The notes under the pieces are model-generated. The model made no database searches. It worked only from the letters and a program-made list of their open reading frames with translations, and was not told the origin of the DNA. This document shows, piece by piece, positions 55,262 to 64,000 of a stretch of DNA of 64,000 nt (position 1 is the stretch's first letter; each line of letters opens with the position of its first letter). The position numbers were made by a program, and so were the translations under genes. The DNA is taken from the NCBI GenBank assembly GCA_033856675.1, contig JAWVEN010000008.1:151659-215658 (forward strand), given 5' to 3'. The stretch comes from Gaiellales bacterium (GTDB lineage Bacteria > Actinomycetota > Thermoleophilia > Gaiellales > JAICJC01).

Positions 55262-58201
55262 ATGTCCAACGCCGTACTCCCCCCACGGCGCATCGTTGCT
55301 GTGCTTTTGCTTGCCTGCGGCTTTGCCGCGGCCGCCGCCGTGCCCGCTCAGGCGAGATACGACGCGCCGCGCACGTCGCTCTCGATCACCCTCACGCAGA
55401 AGCCGACCGCGAACTCGCACAACACGAACGCGGTGTTCCGCTGGCGACGCGTCGGCGTGGCCAGGCAGACCACCTGCCGGCTGGACACTCGCGCGTTCGG
55501 GAAGTGCAAGGGCAGCAGCGTGACCTACCGGCATCTCGCCGAGGGTGTGCACAGGTTCAGCCTGAAGGTCCGCGGCCGCACGGCCACCCGCACGATCTCC
55601 TCCACCTGGCGCGTCGATGTCACAACCCCCGATGTGCCGACGTCCGTCACCGGCGGCTCGGTCGCGTGGGGCACCGCGTCCCGCACCCTGACTGCCGCCG
55701 GCTCGACCGACAGTGGAAGCGGCCTGCGCGGCTACCAGTTCCGCCTCTCCAAGAATGGCGGGCTGACATGGTCGCCGCCGCGTCTGAACAACCCCATCGT
55801 CGTGAACACCGCCGGCGAGTCGGTGGTGCAGTTCCGGGCGATGGACAACGCGCTCAACACCTCGGCCTGGACGCTGGTGCCGCCGACCGGTGAGGCGACC
55901 GTCCGAATCGACCGCACCGTCCCCAGCGCACCGCTGCCCCACGGCCCCACCGCGGGCTGGCAGAACGTCGCCTCGCTCGACGTGACCGCTGACGGATCGG
56001 TCGACGCGGGAGGCTCGGGCCTCGGCGGGTATTCCTACCGCGTCTCGACCGACGGCGGCCTGAGCTGGCTCCCGGAGGCCGATGGCGGAGCGCTGACGGT
56101 CGGCACCGAGGGTCTCACGCTGGTCAAGTTCCGCGCCCACGACGGCGCAGGCAACGTCTCACCCTGGACGCAGGCGACCGTGCGGATCGACCGCACCGCC
56201 CCGTCCGATCCCGTCGTAGTCGGCGGCTCGCCCGCATGGCTGGGAATCGCGTCGGTGCTCGTGTCGGCGAGCGGCTCCACTGACGCGCCCGGCTCGGGCG
56301 TCGCCGGCTACGAGCGTCAGACCTCAACCGATGGCGGAGCCACATGGTCGCCGTCGGCGCTCGGCGGGGCCCTCACGGTCGCCGCCGAAGGCGAGACGCT
56401 CGTGCGCTTCCGTGCGGTCGATGTCTCCGGTCTCCCCTCCGGCTGGGTACAGACGACCGTCCGGCTCGACCGCACCGCTCCGGCCGTCCCCTCCGTGAGC
56501 GGTGGTGGATCGGGATGGCAGAACGTCGCCTCCATCGGCCTTTCGGCAGCCGGCTCGACCGACGCCGGCGGATCCGGCCTGTCCGGCTACCAGTTCGCGA
56601 CGAGCACCGACGGCGGTGCCACGTGGTCGGCGCCTCAGTCCGGAGCGTCCAGCACGGTGTCGGCAGAAGGCCAGACGCTGGTGCGGTTCCGTGCCGTCGA
56701 CAACGTGGGCAATGGGTCGCCGTGGGCGACCGGTGCCGCTCGCATCGACCGGTCGGTCCCGACCGACCCCGTGGTGTCCGGCGGGTCGGCATCGTGGCTG
56801 AGCGTCGCCTCCGTGGACGTCTCGGCGGCGGGCTCCACGGATGCGGGCAGCGGCATCGCCCTCTATCAGCTGTCGTCGTCGACCAATGGCGGAGCGACAT
56901 GGTCGCCGCCCGCTGTGGGCGCGACGCTGAACGTCCCCGCCCAGGGTCAGACGCTGGTGCGCTTCCGCGCGGTCGACGCCCTCGGCCTCACCTCGAACTG
57001 GGTACAGGCCACCGTGCGAATCGACCGCACCGCACCGACCTCGCCGGTCGTTTCGGGCGGGAGCCTCTCCTGGCTCGGCGCTGCGGCGTCGACCGTCACG
57101 GGGGCCGGCTCGACCGACTCCGGCGGCTCGGGCCTGGTCGGCTACGAGCACCGCGTCTCGACCGACGGTGGCATGACCTTCTCCGCCCCGCTGGCAGGCG
57201 CCTCGGCGCTGATCTCGGCGGAGGGCCAAACCCTCGTTCAGGTGCGCGCAGTCGACGCCGCGGGCAACGCGACCCTGTGGACACCGAGCACCTCCACAGC
57301 CGGTAGCACCGTTCGCCTCGACCGCACCGACCCCACGGTGCCGTCCACCTCCGGCGGCGGCCCGGCATGGACGAACGCGACCAGCGTGGCGGTCTCGGCG
57401 TCCGGCGCGGGCGACGCCGGCAGCGGCATCGCCCGCTACGAGTACCAGACATCGCTGAACGCCGGTGCGACCTGGCTCCCCGCCACCCCAAGCGTCGGAT
57501 CGACCGTCAGCATCTCCACCGCCGGCGACAACCTCGTCCGCTTCCGCGCCGTGGATGGCGTCGGCCGGCTGTCGCCATGGACGCTGGTGCAGGTGCGGAT
57601 CGACCGCACGCTGCCGACCTCGCCAACGGTGACCGGCGGCAGCCTGACGTGGGCGAACGGTCTCTCGCTGGCCGTGTCGGCGGCTTCGTCGACGGACGCC
57701 GGCGGTTCCGGGCTCGCCGGCTACCAGTACCGCACATCGAGCAACAACGGCAGCACGTGGTCGGCGGTGGTTGCCGGAGCCAGCGCACTCATCACCGTCG
57801 AGGGACGCACGCTGGTGCAGTTCCGCTCGGTGGATGGGGCCGGCAACACCTCGGCCTGGAGGCCCAGCTCGAACGGCGCCGCCAACACGGTTCGCCTCGA
57901 CCGCACAGCGCCCTCGGTGCCGAACGTGACCGGCGGCTCGGCGGCAACGAACTGCTCCCGGCGGCGGACGATCCGCGGCAGCGGATCGACGGACGGTGTC
58001 GGCTCGGGAGTGAAGCGCTACGAGTACCGGACGTCGTCGGACAACGGCATCACCTGGGGCGCGGTGGCCAGTGGCACCCGGGTCACCCTCCGCACTCCGG
58101 GCATCTGGCTGGTGCAGTTCCGCGCGGTGGATGGAGTCGCGCTCGCCTCCGCGTGGGGCCCGGCCGTGAACAGCTCGACGAACACCGCGTGCATTCAGTG
58201 A
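55262..58201 (+). CDS. 979-aa secreted protein: N-terminal Ig-like domain plus nine tandem Ig-like repeat modules
   Basis: GAGGAG SD. Signal peptide [23 protein letters not shown]. Each module reads about VRIDRTAP-x-P-x-VSGGS-x-W...[11 protein letters not shown]-x-GY...STDGGATWS...[13 protein letters not shown]-x-x-GN-x-S-x-W. Confidence 0.85.
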   Translation: MSNAVLPPRRIVAVLLLACGFAAAAAVPAQARYDAPRTSLSITLTQKPTANSHNTNAVFRWRRVGVARQTTCRLDTRAFGKCKGSSVTYRHLAEGVHRFSLKVRGRTATRTISSTWRVDVTTPDVPTSVTGGSVAWGTASRTLTAAGSTDSGSGLRGYQFRLSKNGGLTWSPPRLNNPIVVNTAGESVVQFRAMDNALNTSAWTLVPPTGEATVRIDRTVPSAPLPHGPTAGWQNVASLDVTADGSVDAGGSGLGGYSYRVSTDGGLSWLPEADGGALTVGTEGLTLVKFRAHDGAGNVSPWTQATVRIDRTAPSDPVVVGGSPAWLGIASVLVSASGSTDAPGSGVAGYERQTSTDGGATWSPSALGGALTVAAEGETLVRFRAVDVSGLPSGWVQTTVRLDRTAPAVPSVSGGGSGWQNVASIGLSAAGSTDAGGSGLSGYQFATSTDGGATWSAPQSGASSTVSAEGQTLVRFRAVDNVGNGSPWATGAARIDRSVPTDPVVSGGSASWLSVASVDVSAAGSTDAGSGIALYQLSSSTNGGATWSPPAVGATLNVPAQGQTLVRFRAVDALGLTSNWVQATVRIDRTAPTSPVVSGGSLSWLGAAASTVTGAGSTDSGGSGLVGYEHRVSTDGGMTFSAPLAGASALISAEGQTLVQVRAVDAAGNATLWTPSTSTAGSTVRLDRTDPTVPSTSGGGPAWTNATSVAVSASGAGDAGSGIARYEYQTSLNAGATWLPATPSVGSTVSISTAGDNLVRFRAVDGVGRLSPWTLVQVRIDRTLPTSPTVTGGSLTWANGLSLAVSAASSTDAGGSGLAGYQYRTSSNNGSTWSAVVAGASALITVEGRTLVQFRSVDGAGNTSAWRPSSNGAANTVRLDRTAPSVPNVTGGSAATNCSRRRTIRGSGSTDGVGSGVKRYEYRTSSDNGITWGAVASGTRVTLRTPGIWLVQFRAVDGVALASAWGPAVNSSTNTACIQ
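55610..58198 (+). repeat. Nine in-frame tandem coding repeats (276-309 bp each)
   Basis: Module starts (V/R-R-I/L/V-D codons) at 55610, 55901, 56180, 56459, 56738, 57014, 57311, 57593 and 57890. The copies are diverged, not identical. Confidence 0.9.
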
Positions 58202-58300
58202 CGTCAGGGCTCAAGCCTGCGGTAACGACTGCCGATGAGCGCCCCGATGGGTTCGCAGGCAACAGTCCAGGTGTCGTCCGCCAATGAAGGAGCGCACGAG

Positions 58301-58438
58301 ATGAGCCGTCCCGATTTTGATTCGCTGACCCGTGCCGTATCAGCCGGCGGCGACGATCTCCGCGTCATCAACATGCTGATCGCGCTGTTCGCGGTCGTCT
58401 GCGTGATGGCAGCCCTGGCAGGCACGTTCCTGCGCTGA
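58301..58438 (+). CDS. Candidate 45-aa tail-anchored mini-protein
   Basis: AAGGAG, 8 nt, then ATG 58301. MSRPDFDSLTRAVSAGGDDLRVINMLIALFAVVCVMAALAGTFLR (C-terminal TM). Confidence 0.45.
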   Translation: MSRPDFDSLTRAVSAGGDDLRVINMLIALFAVVCVMAALAGTFLR

Positions 58439-58457
58439 GCCGCCCTCGAGCGTCGGC

Positions 58458-59435
58458 TTACTCGTCGATCTCTGTGCGTGGGCGCACGGCCGACACGCCG
58501 TAGCGCAACCATCGCAGCGCGAGGATGAGCGCGCCCACCAGTGCCGTCGCCGTCCCCACGGCGAAGAAGAGCACGCCGAGCGCGATTGCCTGCTCGGGCG
58601 ACGTCGAGTCGCGCAGGAACGACACGAACACCGCCTCGCGCACGCCGATGCCGTTCAGCGACACGGGCAGGATCAGCGCAGCGAACAGGACCGGGCCGGT
58701 GGCGTAGATCTCCGCGGCGGAGACGTCGAGGGAAAGCGCCTTCACAAGCATCCAGATCGTGCCCACACGGGTGGCCTGGACGATCAGCGCCAGTCCGCAC
58801 ACGGCCGCGAGCGCAGTGGTGTGCTCTCGGTAGGCGTGCAGAGCGGCGTAGAACCGCTCTCCGGCGGCGAGTTGGCGACCCTGGACTCGGGGCTCGAGCC
58901 ACCGGGCAGCCAGGCCGCGGAGGCGAGCGGAGAAGAGCAGCGCGAGGATCGTCACCGCGGCGAACCCGAACGCGGCCTCTGCGACGAGCACCTCTGGTCC
59001 GCCTGCGGAGTGCCCGCCGGCGGCGTACGCAAGCACGGCCAGCAGCACCAGCGACGCCACACCCACGAGCCGGTCGATCAGCACCGACGCCACCGCCTCG
59101 GGCGCGTCGTGCGTACGTCGCCCCAGCTCGACGGCGCGCACGGCATCACCGCCGATCGCCGTCGGGATGAACTGCCCCAGGAACAGGGCGACGAAGTATG
59201 TGCGGGTCAACCACCCGAGGCCGACGTGGAGGCCCTTCGCAGACAGCAGCAGCTGCCATCGCCATGCCATCAGCGGCACGGTCAGCACGTTGACGACGAC
59301 TGCAGCAGCCACCCAACCGCCGCGTGCGCGTGTCAGCGCGTCCCAGATCTCCCCCGGGTCTGTGAACCAGAGGAGCCCGGCCAGGACGACGGCCGAGACG
59401 ACGGTGCCAAGGGCGACCCGGGTCGCGCGGGTCAT
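58458..59435 (-). CDS. Lysylphosphatidylglycerol-synthase-TM-region (UPF0104, flippase-like) family membrane protein
   Basis: PLMAWRWQLLL...YFVALFLGQFIPTAIGGDAVRAVEL. About 8 TM segments. Confidence 0.8.
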   Translation of the reverse strand: MTRATRVALGTVVSAVVLAGLLWFTDPGEIWDALTRARGGWVAAAVVVNVLTVPLMAWRWQLLLSAKGLHVGLGWLTRTYFVALFLGQFIPTAIGGDAVRAVELGRRTHDAPEAVASVLIDRLVGVASLVLLAVLAYAAGGHSAGGPEVLVAEAAFGFAAVTILALLFSARLRGLAARWLEPRVQGRQLAAGERFYAALHAYREHTTALAAVCGLALIVQATRVGTIWMLVKALSLDVSAAEIYATGPVLFAALILPVSLNGIGVREAVFVSFLRDSTSPEQAIALGVLFFAVGTATALVGALILALRWLRYGVSAVRPRTEIDE

Positions 59436-60634
59436 CGCGTGAACGCGGCGTGCAGCTTCACCACGGCAGTGAGGACGTCGTCGACGTCCTCTTCGGTGTG
59501 CGCGGCCGCAAGCGGCAGCGACAGCACCTCCGCGCCCGCGGCCTCGGTGACCGGCAGCGCCCCCGCGGCGAGATGCTCGCGATACCAGCTCAGCGTGTGG
59601 ACGGGGAGGAAATGCAGGCCGGTCGCGATGTTCTCGGCCATCAGCGCGGCCGCGTACCGGTCACGGTCGGCGCCGGCCTTGCTCGGGTCGATGCGCACGA
59701 CGTAGAGGTGGTAGGCGTGACGGCCGCGGGCCGGCCGCTCGATCGGCTCGATCCCGGGCAGGTCGGCGATCCGCTCGTCGTACCGTGCGACGAGGCGTTG
59801 CCGGCGGGCGTGGAAGTCACCGATGTGATCGAAGCGCGGCAGGGCCACGGAGGCCTGGAGATCGGCGAGGTTCGCTTTGAAGCCCGGCACGAGCACGTCG
59901 TAGTGCCCGAGCGTGCGCGTCTGCTGGCGGCGCCAGGGGTCACGCGTGATGCCGTGCGCCCGCAGCAGCCGCAGCATGCCCGCCGCCTCGTCGGACTTCG
60001 TCGTCACGACACCGCCCTCGCCGCCGGCAAGGCTCTTGGTGGCGTAGAGCGAGAAACAGGTGAAATCGCCGATGGCTCCGACCTTGCGCGTGCCCACCGT
60101 CGTCTCCACGGCGTGCGCAGCGTCCTCGACGATCGCGATGTCGCGCTGCCGTGCGATCTGCTCGATCGCATCCATGTCGCACGGGGCGCCGGCGAAGTGC
60201 ACCGGCAGGACGGCGCGCGTGCGGTCGGTCAGCACGGCCTCGAAGGCCGCCGGATCGAGGTTCAGCGAGCCGGGCTCGACGTCTGCAAAGACCGGCGTCG
60301 CGCCGGTGTGGAGGATCGCATTCACGGTCGCCGGCCAGGTGAAGGATGGTGTCACCACCTCGTCGCCCTGGCCGATACCGGCTGCCACCAGCGCCAGGTG
60401 CAGCGCCGCGGTGCAGGATGACGTCGCGATGGCGTGCGGGGCGCCGACGTACGCGGCGAACCGCTCCTCGAGCTCCACCGCGCGAGGGCCGCTCGTCAGC
60501 CAGCCGGAGCGCAGTGTCTCGGTGACCGAGGCGATCTCCTCGTTGCCGATGACAAGCGGGGAGAACTGGAGCAGTGTGTCGCGGACGGGCGTGCCGCCGT
60601 CGATCGCAGGGGTTGAGGGGGTGGTGCTGCTCAT
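59432..60634 (-). CDS. DegT/DnrJ/EryC1/StrS family sugar aminotransferase
   Basis: IASVTETLRSGWLTSGPRAVELEERFA... PLP-lysine context FSLYATKSLAGGEGG. Confidence 0.9.
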   Translation of the reverse strand: MSSTTPSTPAIDGGTPVRDTLLQFSPLVIGNEEIASVTETLRSGWLTSGPRAVELEERFAAYVGAPHAIATSSCTAALHLALVAAGIGQGDEVVTPSFTWPATVNAILHTGATPVFADVEPGSLNLDPAAFEAVLTDRTRAVLPVHFAGAPCDMDAIEQIARQRDIAIVEDAAHAVETTVGTRKVGAIGDFTCFSLYATKSLAGGEGGVVTTKSDEAAGMLRLLRAHGITRDPWRRQQTRTLGHYDVLVPGFKANLADLQASVALPRFDHIGDFHARRQRLVARYDERIADLPGIEPIERPARGRHAYHLYVVRIDPSKAGADRDRYAAALMAENIATGLHFLPVHTLSWYREHLAAGALPVTEAAGAEVLSLPLAAAHTEEDVDDVLTAVVKLHAAFTR

Positions 60635-61776
60635 TCGACCTCGAATCGGACCGCGTCAGAGAGGCTCCGCGCCCGTTTCAGTGCCTCCTCCCGGGTTGCA
60701 CCGTCTGCGATCGCATATCCCGCACGGTCGGTCGCGATGCGAAGCGGGCCGTACCGATGACCCGGCGGATGATAGAAGGTCGTCCCCTCCGGCCCCTCCG
60801 CCAGCCTCAGAACGCCCTGTGGGGCGGCCAGGAACTCGATCACGCACGCTCCCTGCGGATGGGGCTCCAGGTCTGCCGCGGCGGGCTCCTCGCCGAGTGC
60901 GGCACGGACGGCCGCGGTGGCCAGGTCGACGCCGACCGCTCGCCGGCAGATCTCGGAGTCGTGGCCGCCGCCGAGGCGCGCTGCGACCTCCATCACGCGG
61001 GGCCCTTCGGGCGAGAGGATCAGCTGGACGTAGCTTGGGCCGCGGGTGATGCCGATGGCCTCGACGGCGGCCTTCGCCGTTTCCGCCGCTGCGGCCGTGT
61101 CATGCTCGCTCGGGTAGACGTGGCGCTGTGCGACTCCCGGCGAGCCCCCGAAGTGGTGGCGGTCGGTGACGGCGATACAGAGATAGCCGTCCGGCCCCGA
61201 GAACCCGTTCACCGTTACCTCCGGCCCCGGAACGAACCGCTCGAACAGCACCCGCCCGCTGCGAGAGCCCTCGCGGGCGCCCGCCGTGGCGTGCTCGAGC
61301 CCTTCCGGGCCGGTCAGGATCGCCATCGTCCGCTGGCCCTGCCGGTCGGCGGCCTTGAGCACGCACGGATAGCCGGGAGGCGCCGACGCCGACCATTCAG
61401 GCTGGAGCACACCCGCACGGTCGAAGGCCTCGCGCTGGGCGATCTTGTCGGTTGCGCGCCGGGCCGTGGCAACGTCGATGGGGTGGGGGAGCCCGAGCTC
61501 GCCGGCCACCTGGGCAGCGATCAGCACCGGCCAGTCGGTGCCCGGGGCGATGACGCCGTTCGCCTCGGCTTCGCGCGCCGCCGCGAGCACCGCGGCGGCA
61601 TCCTCCGTCGAGGCCACGACATCGCCGGCGCCGGGCACAGCGTCGCAGACCACGGTGCGCACGCCGAGCCGCCTGGCAGCGTCGGTCGCCTGGCGCTGTG
61701 AGGGTCCTCCGCCGAGGATGACGAGCGTCAGACGGTCTGTGCCGCCTGCTCGCCCGCAAGCACTTTCTGCCACCAT
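60631..61776 (-). CDS. ATP-grasp domain-containing protein (carboxylate-amine ligase type)
   Basis: LVILGGGPSQRQA..., DKIAQREAF..., CVLKAADRQGQR..., MEVAARLGGGH. The alternative start is a CTG overlapping the upstream stop (61729-61731). Confidence 0.8.
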   Translation of the reverse strand: MVAESACGRAGGTDRLTLVILGGGPSQRQATDAARRLGVRTVVCDAVPGAGDVVASTEDAAAVLAAAREAEANGVIAPGTDWPVLIAAQVAGELGLPHPIDVATARRATDKIAQREAFDRAGVLQPEWSASAPPGYPCVLKAADRQGQRTMAILTGPEGLEHATAGAREGSRSGRVLFERFVPGPEVTVNGFSGPDGYLCIAVTDRHHFGGSPGVAQRHVYPSEHDTAAAAETAKAAVEAIGITRGPSYVQLILSPEGPRVMEVAARLGGGHDSEICRRAVGVDLATAAVRAALGEEPAAADLEPHPQGACVIEFLAAPQGVLRLAEGPEGTTFYHPPGHRYGPLRIATDRAGYAIADGATREEALKRARSLSDAVRFEVE

Positions 61777-62723
61777 TCTGGGTTGTCCCGGTACCAGGCG
61801 ATCGTCCGCTCCAGGCCGTCGGCGAACGTGATGTTCGACTCCCAGCCGAGCAGTTGCCGCGCCTTGTCCGTCGATCCGATGTGCCGGTCGACCTGTCCCG
61901 GCCGGTCCTCCGTGTGCTGCTTCAGCGACGAGGGCTTCCCCAGGATCTCGAGGATCATGTCGGCGATCTGCTCCACCGACTCGTCGACGCCCGTCGCGAC
62001 GTTGATCGTCTCGCCCACGATCCGGGCCAGCGGAACCTCGCAGGCCCGGGTGATCGCCTCAGCGGTGTCGAACACGTGCAGCCAGTCGCGACTGGCGTTC
62101 CCGCGCCCGTGAATCGTCATCGGCCGGTCGGTCAGCGCCTGGATGATGAACCGGGGGATGACCTTCTCGGGGTGCTGGTAGGGCCCGTAGTTGTTGAACG
62201 GGCGGATGACCGTGATCGGCAGGTTGTACGTGCACCAGTAGGAGTACGCCAGCCGGTCGCCGCCCGCCTTGGTGCCGGCGTAGGGCGAACGCGGGTTGAG
62301 GGGATGGTCCTCGTCCATCGGGTCGCTCTCGGCGGTGCCGTAGACCTCGGACGACGAGATCAGGATGAAGCGCTCCACCGGCCGCTCGCGGATGGCATCG
62401 AGCAGCACCTGCGTGCCGACCACGTTCGTGGTCACGAACTCGGCGCCGCCTTGCGTGATCGACTTGGAGACGTGGGACTCCGCGGCGGCGTTCACGATCA
62501 CGTCGACGCCGTCGAGCGCCTCGGTCACGTCGGCGATGTCCCTGATGTCGCCCTTGATGAAGCGGAGCCGCTCATGCCCCATGACGTCATCCAGGTTCTC
62601 CAGATTGCCTGCATACGTGAGGGCATCCATGGTGACGACCTCATGCTGCGTCTCGTGCAGCAGGTAGCGGATCATGTTCGAGGAGATGAAGCCGGCGCCG
62701 CCGGTGACGAGGATGCGCTTCAC
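61728..62723 (-). CDS. NDP-hexose 4,6-dehydratase (RmlB-like short-chain dehydrogenase/epimerase)
   Basis: Start trimmed to GTG (plus CAC 62721-62723). VKRILVTGGAGFISSN..., SSSEVYG, PYAGTKAGGD (YxxxK). Confidence 0.85.
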   Translation of the reverse strand: MKRILVTGGAGFISSNMIRYLLHETQHEVVTMDALTYAGNLENLDDVMGHERLRFIKGDIRDIADVTEALDGVDVIVNAAAESHVSKSITQGGAEFVTTNVVGTQVLLDAIRERPVERFILISSSEVYGTAESDPMDEDHPLNPRSPYAGTKAGGDRLAYSYWCTYNLPITVIRPFNNYGPYQHPEKVIPRFIIQALTDRPMTIHGRGNASRDWLHVFDTAEAITRACEVPLARIVGETINVATGVDESVEQIADMILEILGKPSSLKQHTEDRPGQVDRHIGSTDKARQLLGWESNITFADGLERTIAWYRDNPEWWQKVLAGEQAAQTV

Positions 62724-62736
62724 GTGTCGATCAGTC

Positions 62737-63678
62737 CTAGCCCAGTTCGCGGTCGATGTAATAGATGGGGCGCTGCTCCACGTCACGCTGGATACGCGCG
62801 AGGTACTCGCCCAGCACGGCCATCAGAAACCCCTGCAGGCCGAGCACGAACAGCACCAGCCCACCAAGGAACAGCGGACCGGGGAAGTTCCCGTGACGGA
62901 TCCAGAACACGAGACCCCAGATCGCCACCACGGAGGCGGTCAGGATACCGCCGATCGCGAGTACCGCCCCCACCCACTGCACCATCTGCGCCCAGAAGCC
63001 GGTCAGCACATGCAGCGCGAGCTTGACCAGCTTGAGCATCCCGTAGCGGCTCTGGTCCTCGCGAGCCTCGTGCGCGAGCTCGACCTCGGTCACCCGTGCC
63101 CCCGTCGAGCAGACCAGTGCCTTCGTGAATTTCTGGCGGCCGATGCGGTGCAGGACGGGCTCGATCGCATCGCGCCGGTAGGCGTTGAAGGCGCAGCCGA
63201 AGTCGGAGATCGGCGCACCGGTCAGCCGCGACAGCATCCGGTTGATCAGACGGGACGGAAGCTTTCGGAGGAAGAAGGCGTCGCGGCGCTCGACACGTTT
63301 CCCGGATGCGACGTCGGCGCCGCCGCGGATCGCGTCGACCAGCTTGGGGATGTCGGACGGCTGGTTCTGAAGGTCGCCGTCCATCGTCACGACGATGGAG
63401 CCGCGGGCGCGCGCAATGCCCGCGTGCATGGCCGGGTGCTGGCCGAAGTTGCGCTTGAAGGAGACGACCCGGACGCGGTCGTCGCCGGCGTGGATCCGCT
63501 CCAGCAGAGACATCGTGGCATCGGTTGAGCCGTCGTCGATGAAGATCACCTCGGCGGCGATGTCCGAGGCTTCCACCGCCTCGACGATCCTCCGGTGCAC
63601 CTCTTCGATCGTTGCCTGCTCGTTGAGGAGCGGGACGACGATGGAGACCTCGGGGCTGCGGACCGGCTGCGCGCGCAT
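62737..63678 (-). CDS. Family 2 glycosyltransferase, polyprenyl-phosphate sugar synthase type (ArnC/DPM1-like) with C-terminal TM helices
   Basis: Start trimmed to MRAQPVRSPEVSIVVPLLNE...IFIDDGSTD...TMDGDLQN. Two C-terminal TM helices. Confidence 0.85.
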   Translation of the reverse strand: MRAQPVRSPEVSIVVPLLNEQATIEEVHRRIVEAVEASDIAAEVIFIDDGSTDATMSLLERIHAGDDRVRVVSFKRNFGQHPAMHAGIARARGSIVVTMDGDLQNQPSDIPKLVDAIRGGADVASGKRVERRDAFFLRKLPSRLINRMLSRLTGAPISDFGCAFNAYRRDAIEPVLHRIGRQKFTKALVCSTGARVTEVELAHEAREDQSRYGMLKLVKLALHVLTGFWAQMVQWVGAVLAIGGILTASVVAIWGLVFWIRHGNFPGPLFLGGLVLFVLGLQGFLMAVLGEYLARIQRDVEQRPIYYIDRELG

Positions 63679-63783
63679 CTGAGAAGCGGTCTCGGTTGCC
63701 ACACCAAGAGCGTACTCCCTCGTGCGGATCCCTACCTGCAGTGCCGCGACCGGTCGCCGCGGGCGATGGTCATACTTTGGCCC

Positions 63784-64000
63784 ATGCGACGATTCCTCTC
63801 TGCCCACTGGCCGTCTCTCATGGCCGGCGTGGCGACCGTCGCCTACGGGGCCGCAGTGCTCGGTTTCGGGCTGGTGTTCCGGCCGCTCCACAACGACGAG
63901 GGCGTGACGCTGCAGGTGGCGTCGCATCCCTCGGCGCGGGAGGTGCTCGACGTCGCGGTGAACGACCGCCACGGGCCGCCGCTCCATTACCTGCTCGTGC
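63784..64000 (+). CDS. ArnT/PMT-like GT-C glycosyltransferase, N-terminal fragment (continues beyond the window)
   Basis: My own translation: MRRFLSAHWPSLMAGVATVAYGAAVLGFGLVFRPLHNDEGVTLQVASH... First TM, then an acidic DE loop. CATACT-N7-ATG context. Not in the ORF track because there is no stop. Confidence 0.55.
   Translation, partial: MRRFLSAHWPSLMAGVATVAYGAAVLGFGLVFRPLHNDEGVTLQVASHPSAREVLDVAVNDRHGPPLHYLLV

Noticed and set aside
55199-58902. Minus-strand and alternate plus-frame ORFs inside the repeat-protein gene (for example 55199..56140-, 56324..57229-, 56344..57306+, 57367..58287+) and 58204..58902-
   Set aside because: They inherit periodicity from the real coding repeats and are Arg/Gly/Pro-rich. 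The in-frame nine-module protein with signal peptide and SD explains the region.

Overview
This is a very GC-rich, gene-dense chromosomal segment. It looks like core genome of a high-GC Gram-positive (Actinomycetota-like): many 4-nt start/stop overlaps, GTG/TTG starts, twin-arginine signals and leaderless-type promoters. I can support about 70 protein genes and one tRNA-Ala(UGC). I see no rRNA, CRISPR array, transposase, integrase or phage genes. Content from left to right: icd (partial); a BMP-type nucleoside ABC importer; a DUF421 pair; a FliA/WhiG-type sigma; 2-oxoacid dehydrogenase E1 alpha/beta; a GAF-GGDEF diguanylate cyclase; a nitrilase plus an MFS-cNMP fusion; a 5-gene ECF-sigma / S8-protease / GAF operon; a polyphosphate island (ppk1, ppx, SixA-like, CYTH-CHAD); LysR; ABC-F; flavin reductase and PLP decarboxylase; an HEFFH metalloprotease; a YbdK-type ligase with CDGSH and a heme-oxygenase-like di-iron protein; a multicopper oxidase-ZIP-DtxR-PilZ array; GAF-ANTAR; tRNA-Ala; a GT-C-like membrane protein; rhomboid plus Leu/Val dehydrogenase; a polyamine ABC importer plus Lrp; a 5'-3' exonuclease; argF with twin ARG boxes; a 979-aa secreted protein built from nine tandem Ig-like modules; and an Arn-like lipid-linked amino-sugar locus containing an ATP-grasp ligase. 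Many long ORFs in the supplied track are antisense or alternate-frame shadows typical of high GC, and I discarded them. Several track ORFs are over-extended at the 5' end, and I trimmed them using domain boundaries, SD sites and neighbouring genes. The best candidates for undescribed biology are: (1) the ECF-sigma / cytoplasmic subtilase / GAF operon (15981-18820); (2) the MCO-ZIP-DtxR-PilZ-di-iron array (34981-39901); (3) the repeat protein plus amino-sugar/ATP-grasp glycosylation locus (55262-64000); and (4) several mini-proteins, two of them absent from the ORF track. All functional calls rest on motif recognition by eye; no database search was run.
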